A stretch of DNA of 64,000 bases, from positions 1-64,000 of IMG/VR virus record IMGVR_UViG_3300032213_003338; one strand, written 5' to 3'. A model generated the notes under the pieces. That model had not been told where the DNA came from. It saw only the letters and a program-made list of their open reading frames with translations, and did no database searches. The stretch comes from a virus. Numbering within the stretch: position 1 is the stretch's first letter; each line of letters begins with the position of its first letter. The translations under genes and the position numbers were made by a program. Positions 9,644-19,315 of this stretch are shown here, piece by piece.

Positions 9644-11614
9644 CTAATACGCTATGTTCCCCTGTCTTCCTTCTTCCATCGATATATTTGAAGATCTTTG
9701 GGCGCCTTTCATTTTTCTCATACCTCTACCTTGGTACATCGAATCGGATCTTATATTGTTTTGCACAATATATTTTGAAGAATAGCCGCCAAATGTAGAG
9801 ATCCCTTGCTGCTGTGCATTGTCTAAGTTTCTTGCAGCGTCATTTGCTAGCAATAAACTTGTAAAGTGGTCTTTTTTGAGTCTAAGCTTTATCCCCTCAG
9901 TTACAACACCTTTTATTTTTGGTAGATCCCACCTTTTTTGACCCTTTGCCGTAGTCTGTTCTTGTATCAAGGTGGTTTGATACTTACACTCCTCTATCTC
10001 TGACAGAATGTTATCGTGGCTATAATCATCGTCTGAGTCAAGTCCTAGTATTTTAGATTGCTCTATTCCAACAGCATCGTATTCTGGAAATAACACCTTC
10101 ATGGTGGTGATATCTTTTAGTAAATTGAAATGCGATGACTCATACCACTCACGAGAAGAGAACTCAATTACTTTTATTACGTGAAGCCCTACTTTGTCAG
10201 AGCATTCTTCGTCGTCCATATCATACAAGCAATACTCTCCGTCTTTTAATTTTGTATGATCTTTTAATCCCTCGATTATTGATCTGCCACCACCACCAGA
10301 GTCAAGATGCATTCGAACAATGTTGAATCTAGCAAAAAGATCATGTATCTTTCTGAGAATAAATGTGTTGTAGTCTGGAATTTCTTTGTATCTATCTGGA
10401 TACTTTTTCTTATCTGCCTCAAAGCGCTTTCTATTTGTGCTCCAGCAAAACACTAGCTGCCTACTGTTTTCTGTTATTTTTACTATGCTTATAGCTAGAT
10501 TATCTCTTTCTGATGCTGGGTCTATTCCAAGAACATATTTTGCGGTCTTGTCTCCGTAAGACTCTACAGTGAAAGAGACTTCTCCGTCTGGTGTTTTGAC
10601 TGGGCTTGTTGCTGCGTATATAGCTGATGCGGGATAGAAACCCTCTGAATCTTTTGCAAACACACAACCGTATTCCATTTTGAAAATTACTGAATCCATC
10701 GTTGCTCTACCTTGATTCAATATTGTTTCATCCATAATGCCTGGTGGCATTTGATCAAAAGGTATTCGTACTATTGCGTATTCGCTTGGGTCAACACCGC
10801 CTTTTCCTTCAGCTGATATGATATTGGCGTAGTCTTGGTAGTACTTGTAGAAGTGATTGAATTGGTAGCTAACAGTACCGGCAAGTATTATTTGGTTGCC
10901 TTTGTTTTTTAGATTGTCGTCAATCGCGTCTTCCCCAAGCGTTTCTTTTAAGGCTCTTCTTATGTACTCCTGCTTTACTTTTTCAAAGGTGTTTTGGCTC
11001 TGTACAGCAGCAAAGCCTCTGATTACAACCTCAAATATGTCTGGGTTAACTGAAGCAAACTCGTCAACGATAATTACGTTTGCTCTAAGACCTCTGATTT
11101 TTTCACCAGTTCCTATAGGAATGCCCATGATCTTGCTGTCACCAAGATCCCAGTTAAATCCAAGAACGCTTCTTTTTGGCCCGTTGTTTGGTCCGCATAT
11201 GTCCTGCAAGACAGGCGCATTTTTCCATATGTTTTCCATAGACTCAAATACTAAACCGGATTGTCTTAAACCAGCACCAGCAATTACTATTTTTGATCCT
11301 GGGTTAAACATTGCTTTTAGTATTGCTGTAATACCAAGCATTGTTGTTTTTGCTCCACCTCTTGTTGCAATCAAAATTGGAAGTCTTTTGTTCCATATCT
11401 CGTTTAGAACAGCCATCTGATATGGGAATAAATTTACACCAAGAAAATGTTTTGCCGTGAACCCGATGTATCTTGGGTCCATGCCTATTCTTATAAGTTC
11501 TTCTGCCGTTTTTTCTTTTGGGGAATAAATATCAATTGGGTTTTTGATATCAAAGGCGCTTGTATCACCAAGCTCAAGATAAAGATTTTCAAGATACTCT
11601 TGGCTCAGTGTCAT
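9644..11614 (-). CDS. terL: Terminase large subunit
   Basis: PYQ motif, Walker A ATRGGAKT, IRGLRANVIIVDE Walker B, nuclease LGIDPA and C-terminal KDHFTS. Confidence 0.9.
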   Translation of the reverse strand: MTLSQEYLENLYLELGDTSAFDIKNPIDIYSPKEKTAEELIRIGMDPRYIGFTAKHFLGVNLFPYQMAVLNEIWNKRLPILIATRGGAKTTMLGITAILKAMFNPGSKIVIAGAGLRQSGLVFESMENIWKNAPVLQDICGPNNGPKRSVLGFNWDLGDSKIMGIPIGTGEKIRGLRANVIIVDEFASVNPDIFEVVIRGFAAVQSQNTFEKVKQEYIRRALKETLGEDAIDDNLKNKGNQIILAGTVSYQFNHFYKYYQDYANIISAEGKGGVDPSEYAIVRIPFDQMPPGIMDETILNQGRATMDSVIFKMEYGCVFAKDSEGFYPASAIYAATSPVKTPDGEVSFTVESYGDKTAKYVLGIDPASERDNLAISIVKITENSRQLVFCWSTNRKRFEADKKKYPDRYKEIPDYNTFILRKIHDLFARFNIVRMHLDSGGGGRSIIEGLKDHTKLKDGEYCLYDMDDEECSDKVGLHVIKVIEFSSREWYESSHFNLLKDITTMKVLFPEYDAVGIEQSKILGLDSDDDYSHDNILSEIEECKYQTTLIQEQTTAKGQKRWDLPKIKGVVTEGIKLRLKKDHFTSLLLANDAARNLDNAQQQGISTFGGYSSKYIVQNNIRSDSMYQGRGMRKMKGAQRSSNISMEEGRQGNIAY

Positions 11615-12158
11615 TTTTAATTTCCCCTAGAATTGATCTAAAAATATTACACGCATATCTTCTTGCAAAATATTTGTTACTTAAAAATAGAGTCTTGATC
11701 CCCCACTTATGATCAATTTCTGATACTCTTGAAAGAACAAAGTCTGGTGGTAGTGTAAAGTACATTCCCTTTTTTGGGTTTCTACCCATGTATTTTGCGT
11801 AAGCATCGTGCAGATCGTCTTCTACTATTATTAGTGGTCTTGTATACTTTTGAAGACCGTCTAGTTCTCTTTGAAAACGCTCCCAGTTTTTTCCTATATT
11901 TCCCAGAAGCTCTTCAACAGATGCTTTTCTTTCAATAATTATACTATTTTTAAATTCGGGCATATCATAGCCATCTAGCGTATAATCACCGTACTCTAGA
12001 TTTTTAACCAAAACGTTTTTTACAAAAAATTTAGATGGCAGCTTTTCTGAAAAATCCCACGGCTTTTTTTCTTGGTTATCAATGATAACGCTTGCGTATA
12101 TAGCGCTCTCTACTGTTTTTTTGGCCTTCTTTAAGGAACCCTTGTTTCCTGAGTTCAT
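11589..12158 (-). CDS. ERCC4-domain nuclease
   Basis: IDNQEK, LEYGDY and IIIERK motifs. Confidence 0.8.
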   Translation of the reverse strand: MNSGNKGSLKKAKKTVESAIYASVIIDNQEKKPWDFSEKLPSKFFVKNVLVKNLEYGDYTLDGYDMPEFKNSIIIERKASVEELLGNIGKNWERFQRELDGLQKYTRPLIIVEDDLHDAYAKYMGRNPKKGMYFTLPPDFVLSRVSEIDHKWGIKTLFLSNKYFARRYACNIFRSILGEIKNDTEPRVS

Positions 12159-12477
12159 TTATCCTCTGTATTTCTTCGGTGTTTTTTTGACAAATAATTT
12201 TAAAAAACTCCGATTCAAACTGCTCCTCTTTTCCAGTTACCAGCTCGTGGTGTTTTTTGCAAAGGGTTATTCCATTAAATTTCTCTGTTCTTAGCCTTGC
12301 TGAGTTTGCATATTTTTTGATGTGATGCACTTCAAGACCTTTTTTTACGCCACATCCTGGAAACTGGCATGAAAACTCATCTCTTTTAAGAACATCTTTT
12401 CTGAAACGCCAATACTCTGGTGAGTATCTACTGTCCCTACGCCTGAATTTGGGTTTCCTCAGCCTTTTCTTTGCCAC
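12079..12477 (-). CDS. HNH endonuclease (packaging-associated)
   Basis: RDEFSCQFPGC..LEVHHIK..NGITLCKKHH. Confidence 0.85.
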   Translation of the reverse strand: MAKKRLRKPKFRRRDSRYSPEYWRFRKDVLKRDEFSCQFPGCGVKKGLEVHHIKKYANSARLRTEKFNGITLCKKHHELVTGKEEQFESEFFKIICQKNTEEIQRINELRKQGFLKEGQKNSRERYIRKRYH

Positions 12478-13459
12478 CGCTATTTAATACACTTTGAGCG
12501 TAATTAATACTGTAGTCGTGCTTATACATCTCATAAAGCAGGTCCTTCCATGTATACTCTGGTTGCCACCCAAGCTCTCTTTTAATTTTTGATGGATCTC
12601 CACAAAGAACATTTACCTCAAGCGGTCGATTAAAAGCTGGGTTTATCTTGCAGGCTTCTTCTGGATTAACATCCGCTAACCCACAAACATAATGCAGCGC
12701 GTCTTTAATTGATATAGTTTCACCAGTTGCAACAACGTAGTCGCTTGGTGTTTGCGCCTGAAGCATCATCCACATTGCTTTAACGTAGTCTTTTGCGTGG
12801 CCCCAGTCTCTTTTGGCTGCAAGATTTCCAAGCTCAATTGGTCCAGAAACACCAAGTTTATATCTAGCTATACCGTTTGTTATTTTTCTAGTGACAAAAT
12901 CAAAACCTCTTCTGGGGCTTTCGTGATTGAAAAGTATTCCACAGCAAGCATAAATACCGTAAGACTTACGATAAATATCAACCATGTTGTGCGCATACAT
13001 TTTTGCGGCAGAGTATGGGCTTCGTGGAACAAAAGGTGTTTTTTCTGATTGGTTTTCAGTTACGCCACCAAACATCTCGGATGTAGATGCCTGATAAAAT
13101 TTTGTATGTGGCGAATGCTTTGCTATTGCCTCAAGAACTATTGTTACCGCCGTACCATTAACATAGGCACAAGATATCGGCTCTTTAAAGCTTTGGCCAA
13201 CATGAGACATAGCGGCGAGATTGTAATATTCATCTGGCCTTATGTGGGAAATAATACTAAATATTCCAGAAGCATCTGTTATATCAAGGTTTATCTGATG
13301 AAAGTTTACGTTTTTTTCAGCCTCAAACATGTTAGAAGCGTTTTTTTCTGTTGAGCTTCTTCTATATATTCCATATACTTTGTATCCATTACTAAGTAAA
13401 AGCTCAGCTAAATATGAAGCGTCTTGTCCTGGGCAACCTGTGATTATTGCTGTTTTCAT
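12437..13459 (-). CDS. gmd: GDP-mannose 4,6-dehydratase
   Basis: ITGCPGQDASYLAE, YNLAAMSHV, YQASTSE, PRSPYSAAK, GILFNHESPRRG, RDWGHAKDYV. Confidence 0.95.
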   Translation of the reverse strand: MKTAIITGCPGQDASYLAELLLSNGYKVYGIYRRSSTEKNASNMFEAEKNVNFHQINLDITDASGIFSIISHIRPDEYYNLAAMSHVGQSFKEPISCAYVNGTAVTIVLEAIAKHSPHTKFYQASTSEMFGGVTENQSEKTPFVPRSPYSAAKMYAHNMVDIYRKSYGIYACCGILFNHESPRRGFDFVTRKITNGIARYKLGVSGPIELGNLAAKRDWGHAKDYVKAMWMMLQAQTPSDYVVATGETISIKDALHYVCGLADVNPEEACKINPAFNRPLEVNVLCGDPSKIKRELGWQPEYTWKDLLYEMYKHDYSINYAQSVLNSGGKEKAEETQIQA

Positions 13460-14298
13460 TGTTGTTCTCTTGTTTTCTTTATTGTTTCTGAATCTAGTAA
13501 TTGAGGAGCTAGTTCTCCGTCCATATATTCTATGGCATTACGCATGCTATCTTGTTTTTTTTCCATGGAAAGCCGAAGCAATTCTGCCATACGACCCTCT
13601 TTTTCCCTTGTCTGCATGGATTCAAACTTTTTACAAAGTGAGAAGAATGTGTCTCCACCTACTTTGCCCTTTTCTTCTCTTTGGCGTCTAGTTGCATTAA
13701 GTGTTTCGTTTAGCTTTGTAGATTTTTCTAATAAATCTTTGTATTCTTTATTTAAGTCTGTTGCCCGCATAGACGCATTGAATATTTTTTGATATAGCTC
13801 GGCTTGTTTTGGGTCTGACAGATCCAAATCTTTGACATCAACAATATCATTATTTGCCATAAGAGAATCCCGTATTCTCATGGCGTCATAATAGTCTTTT
13901 TGATTCTTGTCTATCCTTAATTTTAAAAATATTAGCTGCTCAACAGTGTTTTGCTCTGTGTGGGTGAGGTCTTCAAGCTGAATTTTATAATTTGCCCATT
14001 CTTCGGAAAATAAAATCCAGTCTTCTTCCGGTAGTTGTTTTTTTATTCTTGACCCTCTTGGGCTTGTTTCAAATGAACGAACGTGAAAATCAAATATATC
14101 TCTGTTTTGATAATCTTTTCTTTGTTCTATCATCACAACCGGATCTTTGGTTGTGTTTTTCATCATGCCAATACTTTTTCTGTAGCGCTCCACAGTTTTT
14201 ATTGAACAGCCGATATGTTTTGCTATATCAGCGTCTGTTTTGTATTTGCAGTTATTTTCTATGTATATCTTGTCAGCTTCTTCAATTCGTTTTGCCAT
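13456..14298 (-). CDS. HTH/coiled-coil protein (terminase small subunit candidate)
   Basis: N-terminal HTH (DADIAKHIGCSIKTVERYR) and helical body, upstream of the packaging genes. Confidence 0.4.
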   Translation of the reverse strand: MAKRIEEADKIYIENNCKYKTDADIAKHIGCSIKTVERYRKSIGMMKNTTKDPVVMIEQRKDYQNRDIFDFHVRSFETSPRGSRIKKQLPEEDWILFSEEWANYKIQLEDLTHTEQNTVEQLIFLKLRIDKNQKDYYDAMRIRDSLMANNDIVDVKDLDLSDPKQAELYQKIFNASMRATDLNKEYKDLLEKSTKLNETLNATRRQREEKGKVGGDTFFSLCKKFESMQTREKEGRMAELLRLSMEKKQDSMRNAIEYMDGELAPQLLDSETIKKTREQQ

Positions 14299-14878
14299 CT
14301 CGCCACTCCCCCATTATTTGTGTTATTTCTAAACGAAGCTTATTTTTATAATATGAATTTACAGGTTCTTCAGATAGACAGGCGCGATATATTTCAAGCC
14401 CTTCTTCTGATAGACGCGCTTCTACAAAGTCTTTTAGCTCCCCAAAGACAACAGAGTTTTCTGTTTCGTTTTTACAAGTCGCTGGCTCGTATGCAACAGA
14501 GTCGTCTTTTGAGTTTCTTGCTTTTGCGCTAAGCGAAACTCTAGCCTTTTTGTGTTGTTCATTTAAACTACCACAATGGTCTCTATAAAAGTTTTTAAGT
14601 CTATTTTTGACAACCCTGTTGAGCCAACGCTCAAGCGAATTTATGTCGTCCCAGCCAATACCTTTTTCTGGTTCGTAAAACTTTAACTGCTGCATGCAAA
14701 TAAGACGGGCTTGCGAAGCTATATCTTCTACTGTCATGTAAGCAAACGTTTTGCCCATGTGGGTTTGGGCTATTTTTTCAACTAATGACAAAACCTCGTC
14801 TCTTGAGATTTTCGCCCCAGATGTTTTTGATATTTTTTTCAAAAAGATTGCGACTGCGTCTTTCTGAGGTCTTTTCAC
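14282..14878 (-). CDS. Sigma-factor-like protein
   Basis: Region-2-like EDIASQARL..LERWLNRVVKNRLKNFYRD. Confidence 0.55.
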   Translation of the reverse strand: MKRPQKDAVAIFLKKISKTSGAKISRDEVLSLVEKIAQTHMGKTFAYMTVEDIASQARLICMQQLKFYEPEKGIGWDDINSLERWLNRVVKNRLKNFYRDHCGSLNEQHKKARVSLSAKARNSKDDSVAYEPATCKNETENSVVFGELKDFVEARLSEEGLEIYRACLSEEPVNSYYKNKLRLEITQIMGEWRDGKTN

Positions 14879-14923
14879 GTTCTATTATAGACTAGAAAGG
14901 TGTATTAATTACAGGAGAATATT

Positions 14924-15127
14924 ATGCAGGATAAAAAAGAAAGATGGAGCGAAGAACACAAAAATTTTCTTAAGCTAGAAGCTGGAAAGATGAGGGACTG
15001 TGAAATAGCGTCAACCCTTGGGAGAACTCTTAAATCGGTAAGAGAAATGAGAAGACGAATGGGTCTTGTAAAAATGTGTGGTCGTGGTAGGGTAGAGCTA
15101 AGACCAATACAGCAAGCAGGGGCATAA
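14924..15127 (+). CDS. Small HTH/Myb-like DNA-binding protein
   Basis: WSEEHKNFLK..EIASTLGRTLKSVR; AGGAG RBS; late motif at 14900-14905. Confidence 0.65.
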   Translation: MQDKKERWSEEHKNFLKLEAGKMRDCEIASTLGRTLKSVREMRRRMGLVKMCGRGRVELRPIQQAGA

Positions 15128-15128
15128 A

Positions 15129-15581
15129 ATGGCAGATAAACCGCTTGAGTCTCCAACGCCAAATTCATTAGACATATATTTATATAGAGAGTCTAGAAAT
15201 GAATCTTCGTCCACCATGGAGTGTTATATAGGAGATTCTTTAGCTGGTGATTTTAGCGGAAAATATGTATATGCAATACTTTACAAAGCGTTTGGGTCGC
15301 CATCTTTTACAACAATATATTCATGGCAGGGCGGCGTAGCGCAGCAAGAAGACTCTTTTATAAATAAAAAACAATGGTTTTATACGCATTTTCACGGTTC
15401 TTCAGACAGCGGTCAGTATTATGTGAATATTACTGACACTGAAGACATTGGTATTTCCTACTCATCTTCAACAATTTCTTTTCCAAGATTTTCGGGCTAC
15501 GGAAAAAGGCAAACTCGTTATTCTGGAAATGCTTCTTTAAAATCTCAAAGAAAAACCAGAAAGCAAATACCGGGCTTCTAA
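15129..15581 (+). CDS. Hypothetical beta-rich protein with basic tail
   Basis: 150 aa, coupled to its neighbours. Confidence 0.6.
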   Translation: MADKPLESPTPNSLDIYLYRESRNESSSTMECYIGDSLAGDFSGKYVYAILYKAFGSPSFTTIYSWQGGVAQQEDSFINKKQWFYTHFHGSSDSGQYYVNITDTEDIGISYSSSTISFPRFSGYGKRQTRYSGNASLKSQRKTRKQIPGF

Positions 15582-15582
15582 A

Positions 15583-15957
15583 ATGCCTATTACTTTATCA
15601 AACAGAACCGCAACGACAGTGACACTAACAGGGTCTGGCTTTAGTGGGCTAGGCACGGGGGCGTACATAAGAACTGGTGCTTTAGATGTTTTGACGGAAC
15701 AGACAAATCCATCTTTACTTTCAAATTCGTGGACTGTAATATTAAGCGTCTCTTCTTCTGGTGGAAATTATATTTTTGCGACTTACACAGTTAGCAAAGG
15801 CGGCGTTGTAAGTATAGTGGAAACCGATTCGTTTAGCGTAAGTGGTTATTTAGAGCCTTCATTAAAACAAAAACAAGTTACCATAAATAGCTTGTCGAAG
15901 GCTGGCGCTAAACTTAAATTAAGATCGCCTTCAAGAAGAAACTTTCCGAGTATTTAA
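15583..15957 (+). CDS. Hypothetical beta-rich protein with basic tail
   Basis: 124 aa, Thr/Ser/Gly rich. Confidence 0.6.
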   Translation: MPITLSNRTATTVTLTGSGFSGLGTGAYIRTGALDVLTEQTNPSLLSNSWTVILSVSSSGGNYIFATYTVSKGGVVSIVETDSFSVSGYLEPSLKQKQVTINSLSKAGAKLKLRSPSRRNFPSI

Positions 15958-15964
15958 GTAGCAC

Positions 15965-16810
15965 TTAATCCAAGATAAATGTTTCTTGAGGTGTAGATGG
16001 CCAATTTGGTAAACTTTCTGGATTTGTTGGAGAATTTGAATTACATGGATTTGTTCTTGCTGTTTCTGGATTTGATGCTGTAAATGTGCCAATCGTTGTT
16101 GGTGTATACGAACCTCCTGATTTCATTATCGCAATCATTGGTTCTGTTCTGTCACTTTGTGTTTGATTATACCAAGTTGATCTTTTCATTTGGTTTGCCG
16201 CTTCTACATAGTCTGGTGGCTGTTGTTTTAAGGCTGCTATTAATAAAACAAAGTTTCTTATATCTGCTTGATAGCTTAGCGAAACCAAAACACATTGTAC
16301 TGGATACGGTAATCTTGACCATGCTTCTGGACCTAAAAGGTTAAATATAACCTTATATGCGTTTTGTAGATCTACATCCGCCCACTGCCAAGCAGTATCA
16401 ATAGATACTGGAGCTTGAGATGTTCCTGGCATTGGACTATATCCATTTCTAGAACCTGCAGAAAATATTATTGGATCAGTGTCGGAGTTTATGCCATCCA
16501 TTACTGATGTAAAATATCCACCAAGCCTTGATCGAATTCTTGAAATTGAAACTTTTCTTGTGTCAATTAGTGTTCCAACTCCTACTGTCCAATAGCCTTC
16601 GCTATCTCTATATCTATAGGGCCTATAGCCCTCCCAAAAACCAATTAGGCTTTTCCAGTATGCATTAAGCTTAAAACAAGGAATAGGTGCGGGCTTTGGT
16701 TTTTTCGGTGGTTTTGCTGCTGGCTCGGCTGGCGATGGTGTAAAAACTGTTGGTTCTGGCTTTGCGACGCCAAGCACGATACTAAGTTTATTAATAGCGG
16801 AAAAATCCAT
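15965..16810 (-). CDS. T4-type (GH24) lysozyme with leader and Pro-rich linker
   Basis: EGYRPYRYRDSEGYWTVGVG gives the E-x8-D-x5-T triad; AANQMKRSTWYNQT resembles the T4 lysozyme C-terminus. Start MDFSA follows the late motif. Confidence 0.8.
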   Translation of the reverse strand: MDFSAINKLSIVLGVAKPEPTVFTPSPAEPAAKPPKKPKPAPIPCFKLNAYWKSLIGFWEGYRPYRYRDSEGYWTVGVGTLIDTRKVSISRIRSRLGGYFTSVMDGINSDTDPIIFSAGSRNGYSPMPGTSQAPVSIDTAWQWADVDLQNAYKVIFNLLGPEAWSRLPYPVQCVLVSLSYQADIRNFVLLIAALKQQPPDYVEAANQMKRSTWYNQTQSDRTEPMIAIMKSGGSYTPTTIGTFTASNPETARTNPCNSNSPTNPESLPNWPSTPQETFILD

Positions 16811-16827
16811 ATTTTTAATACACAAAA

Positions 16828-16860
16828 GAATAACCCTCCTGTTAAGGAGGGCTATTTTAT
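16828..16860 (-). terminator. Hairpin terminator, possibly bidirectional
   Basis: AATAACCCTCC-TGTTAA-GGAGGGCTATT flanked by A and T runs. Confidence 0.6.
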
Positions 16861-16876
16861 TATCTTGTATTGTTTA

Positions 16877-17155
16877 TTATTGATGGACTGGTCTCATGGG
16901 GAGTGTTGTTTTAAAACCCTCAATTGGGCATGGGCCATCCATAGTTCCATGCTCTCTTCCAGTTTTATCTCTGCAAACACAAGTTGAGACCACATCTGGC
17001 CAAGTACCTGTAGTTTCTGTTTTGCAAACAACTCTTATCTCAGGAAGGCCAATTGGTTCCATTGGCTCCATCGATGGATCCGCCATTACAGATGGGGTCT
17101 TTTTTGCGGCAGTAATTGCGTTTGTGAGTTTTTCGATTGATTTTTCTAGTGACAT
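16877..17155 (-). CDS. Small Cys-containing protein with shared leader
   Basis: MSLEKSIEKLTNAITAA; AAGGA RBS; late motif at 17174-17179. Confidence 0.7.
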   Translation of the reverse strand: MSLEKSIEKLTNAITAAKKTPSVMADPSMEPMEPIGLPEIRVVCKTETTGTWPDVVSTCVCRDKTGREHGTMDGPCPIEGFKTTLPMRPVHQ

Positions 17156-17185
17156 GGTTATTCCTTATTTTTTATACACTAATTA

Positions 17186-17503
17186 TTAAAACATAACAGG
17201 CTGTGTTATGCATTCACTCCAATTACATGGAACTGGCACTGGTCCAGTTGTAGAAATAGCGCCACCAGGAGCGGCTCTTTGATAAGTAGTGCATTGGCAA
17301 CGAGGACTCTGTTCAAAACAACCTAATATTTTTATATTAGCATTCCTAGTAATGTGTGCTTTTACACTTTCGCATTTGGAAGTACCGCTGTTACGAGGAA
17401 ATTGGTCATCGCCAGGTAACCAAGGACTAGTTGGCGCTGACATACGACCGCTAGCTGCTTTAATTACTTGTGTTAAACGATTTATAGTATTTTCTAACGA
17501 CAT
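17186..17503 (-). CDS. Small Cys-rich protein with shared leader
   Basis: MSLENTINRLTQVIKAA; late motif at 17522-17527. Confidence 0.7.
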   Translation of the reverse strand: MSLENTINRLTQVIKAASGRMSAPTSPWLPGDDQFPRNSGTSKCESVKAHITRNANIKILGCFEQSPRCQCTTYQRAAPGGAISTTGPVPVPCNWSECITQPVMF

Positions 17504-17530
17504 TAATTATATATCCTTTTTATACACTAA

Positions 17531-17974
17531 TTATCTAAATGGATCGAGATTCGGTGACTCAACCATCATTTCAATGTTTGGTCTGTCTGGAATAATAATC
17601 CCTGGTTTTACGTAAGTTGGCTTTATTGAAGGCTTCGTGGTTTTTTCGCTTACTTTAATTATACTGCGTCTAATTAGCTCCATGCGAAAAGCTTTATAAA
17701 CCCCTGAATACATTCCTTTTCCTGGATTTCCACACTTTTGGTTGAATAGATCGGAAAAAGATCGAATTATTTGTTCGACACACTCAGAAGAAAGCTGCTG
17801 AGTCTTCGCCTTGATGGCTATGTCTGACGCTATTTTAGAAATATCGGTTGGTTTCCATTTGCACGGAAGGGCACGCCTTGAAGGGCTTATTTTTAAATAC
17901 GAGCACGGAACAGCGTTTTGCTGATCAACAGCAAGAGATAATTTTTTTATTGCGGCAATTATTTTTTCTTGCAC
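17531..17974 (-). CDS. Hypothetical protein with shared leader
   Basis: MQEKIIAAIKKLSLAV. Confidence 0.6.
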   Translation of the reverse strand: MQEKIIAAIKKLSLAVDQQNAVPCSYLKISPSRRALPCKWKPTDISKIASDIAIKAKTQQLSSECVEQIIRSFSDLFNQKCGNPGKGMYSGVYKAFRMELIRRSIIKVSEKTTKPSIKPTYVKPGIIIPDRPNIEMMVESPNLDPFR

Positions 17975-18588
17975 GGTTTATTTCTCGCTATTCTTGCGGC
18001 TTTTTCTAAATATTTTTTTCTTATATCTTCTTTATTTTTTTCAAACTTCTTTTTTCTATCACTGACTGTTGCGCCGTATGGGCTGCATTGGGCATTATAA
18101 GACTCTGTTTCTCTTTCTATTTCAAGAGAATACAGTATTTCATTATGCTTTGTTAGAATCTTGCATTTCTCTTCGTTCTGTTTAGCGTCTAGCTTGTCTC
18201 TATTAGTTGGCGCTTTGTCTCCAGGCTCCATAGAGTTAGGGGTCAAAACTGTTGGCATAACCGCGCTTCTTCCACGTCCTGGTCTCATTGATCCACCGTC
18301 TTGGTCTGGACCAACCGAACCTGCTTGCCCAAGCTTATGCTTTTCGCCTTCTGGCAAAAATGATGTTTCTCCTTCTGGCGCACAGGTTTCCCATTTCCAG
18401 CTAAATGGCGTCATTCCGCTTTCGGGGTGCGTGTTATCTATCCAGGTTATACGATCAGCAGCTCGTGTACCATCGCTTTTACAGCTGTTTGCGCTGCTGA
18501 TTTTTTTGTCGTATTTTGATTTTATATTACTGCATTCTGTCGGAGCAGCACCAAGAACATAAATTAATTTTGATATTGAGTTACTCAT
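17959..18588 (-). CDS. Hypothetical protein with shared leader
   Basis: Start MSNSISKLIYVLGAA at 18588 via ATGA overlap with the upstream stop. Confidence 0.65.
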   Translation of the reverse strand: MSNSISKLIYVLGAAPTECSNIKSKYDKKISSANSCKSDGTRAADRITWIDNTHPESGMTPFSWKWETCAPEGETSFLPEGEKHKLGQAGSVGPDQDGGSMRPGRGRSAVMPTVLTPNSMEPGDKAPTNRDKLDAKQNEEKCKILTKHNEILYSLEIERETESYNAQCSPYGATVSDRKKKFEKNKEDIRKKYLEKAARIARNKPCKKK

Positions 18589-19265
18589 TGTGGATTTGCT
18601 CCTGCTGGTGCTGCTTGTGTTGGTTGGCATGGTTTACATGGCGCGCCAAGCGCAGAGCGAACACCTTCTGTTATTGAATTAATTTGAGCTTTAAAAAAGT
18701 CTCTCTTTTTTGAGGTGTTTGGGTTTTTCATGCCACCGGCAGAAGAGTACGGCTCGCAGCCTTTTCTTGCCAATTCTATAGCTTCTAGAATTGCCGCAGC
18801 ATATAACATATCCCATTTTCCGCGTATGTATTTGCCAGATCTAGCGTCTTTGTGACCTCTTGTTAGAGCGCATTTTCTTAATATTTTTATACATTTAACT
18901 AGATCCTCTTTCTTTTTTAAGAACGGATCGTTTTGGACTTCTGGAGCTGCCAATTGTGGATTTTGTGCGGCGGCGGCTGGAGGATAGGTGTTTGTTGGAA
19001 CATATGGAGCGTCATTAACGGAAAACTTAAATATTTCTGGTGGAAGCGGATTTCCATTTTGAGCGTTCCAGGTTTCAAATTCCCAAACCTGACCCAGTGT
19101 TCCGTATGTAAGACCATCAATCTGCTGAACACCAGCATTGTAGGCCTCATTTATTTTTTGACGAAAACCCTGCCACTTTGCGGTTATTTCTTTGCATCTT
19201 GGGGGTGTGGGCGGTGGCGCTGCACTTATTGCTAGATGTTTAGCTATGACTTTATTTAGGCTCAT
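18585..19265 (-). CDS. Hypothetical protein with shared leader
   Basis: MSLNKVIAKHLAISAAPP; late motif at 19276-19281. Confidence 0.65.
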   Translation of the reverse strand: MSLNKVIAKHLAISAAPPPTPPRCKEITAKWQGFRQKINEAYNAGVQQIDGLTYGTLGQVWEFETWNAQNGNPLPPEIFKFSVNDAPYVPTNTYPPAAAAQNPQLAAPEVQNDPFLKKKEDLVKCIKILRKCALTRGHKDARSGKYIRGKWDMLYAAAILEAIELARKGCEPYSSAGGMKNPNTSKKRDFFKAQINSITEGVRSALGAPCKPCQPTQAAPAGANPQ

Positions 19266-19315
19266 ACACGTATTAATACACTGAATGCTTTTTATTTTAA
19301 AGTGTATTTTAAGCC

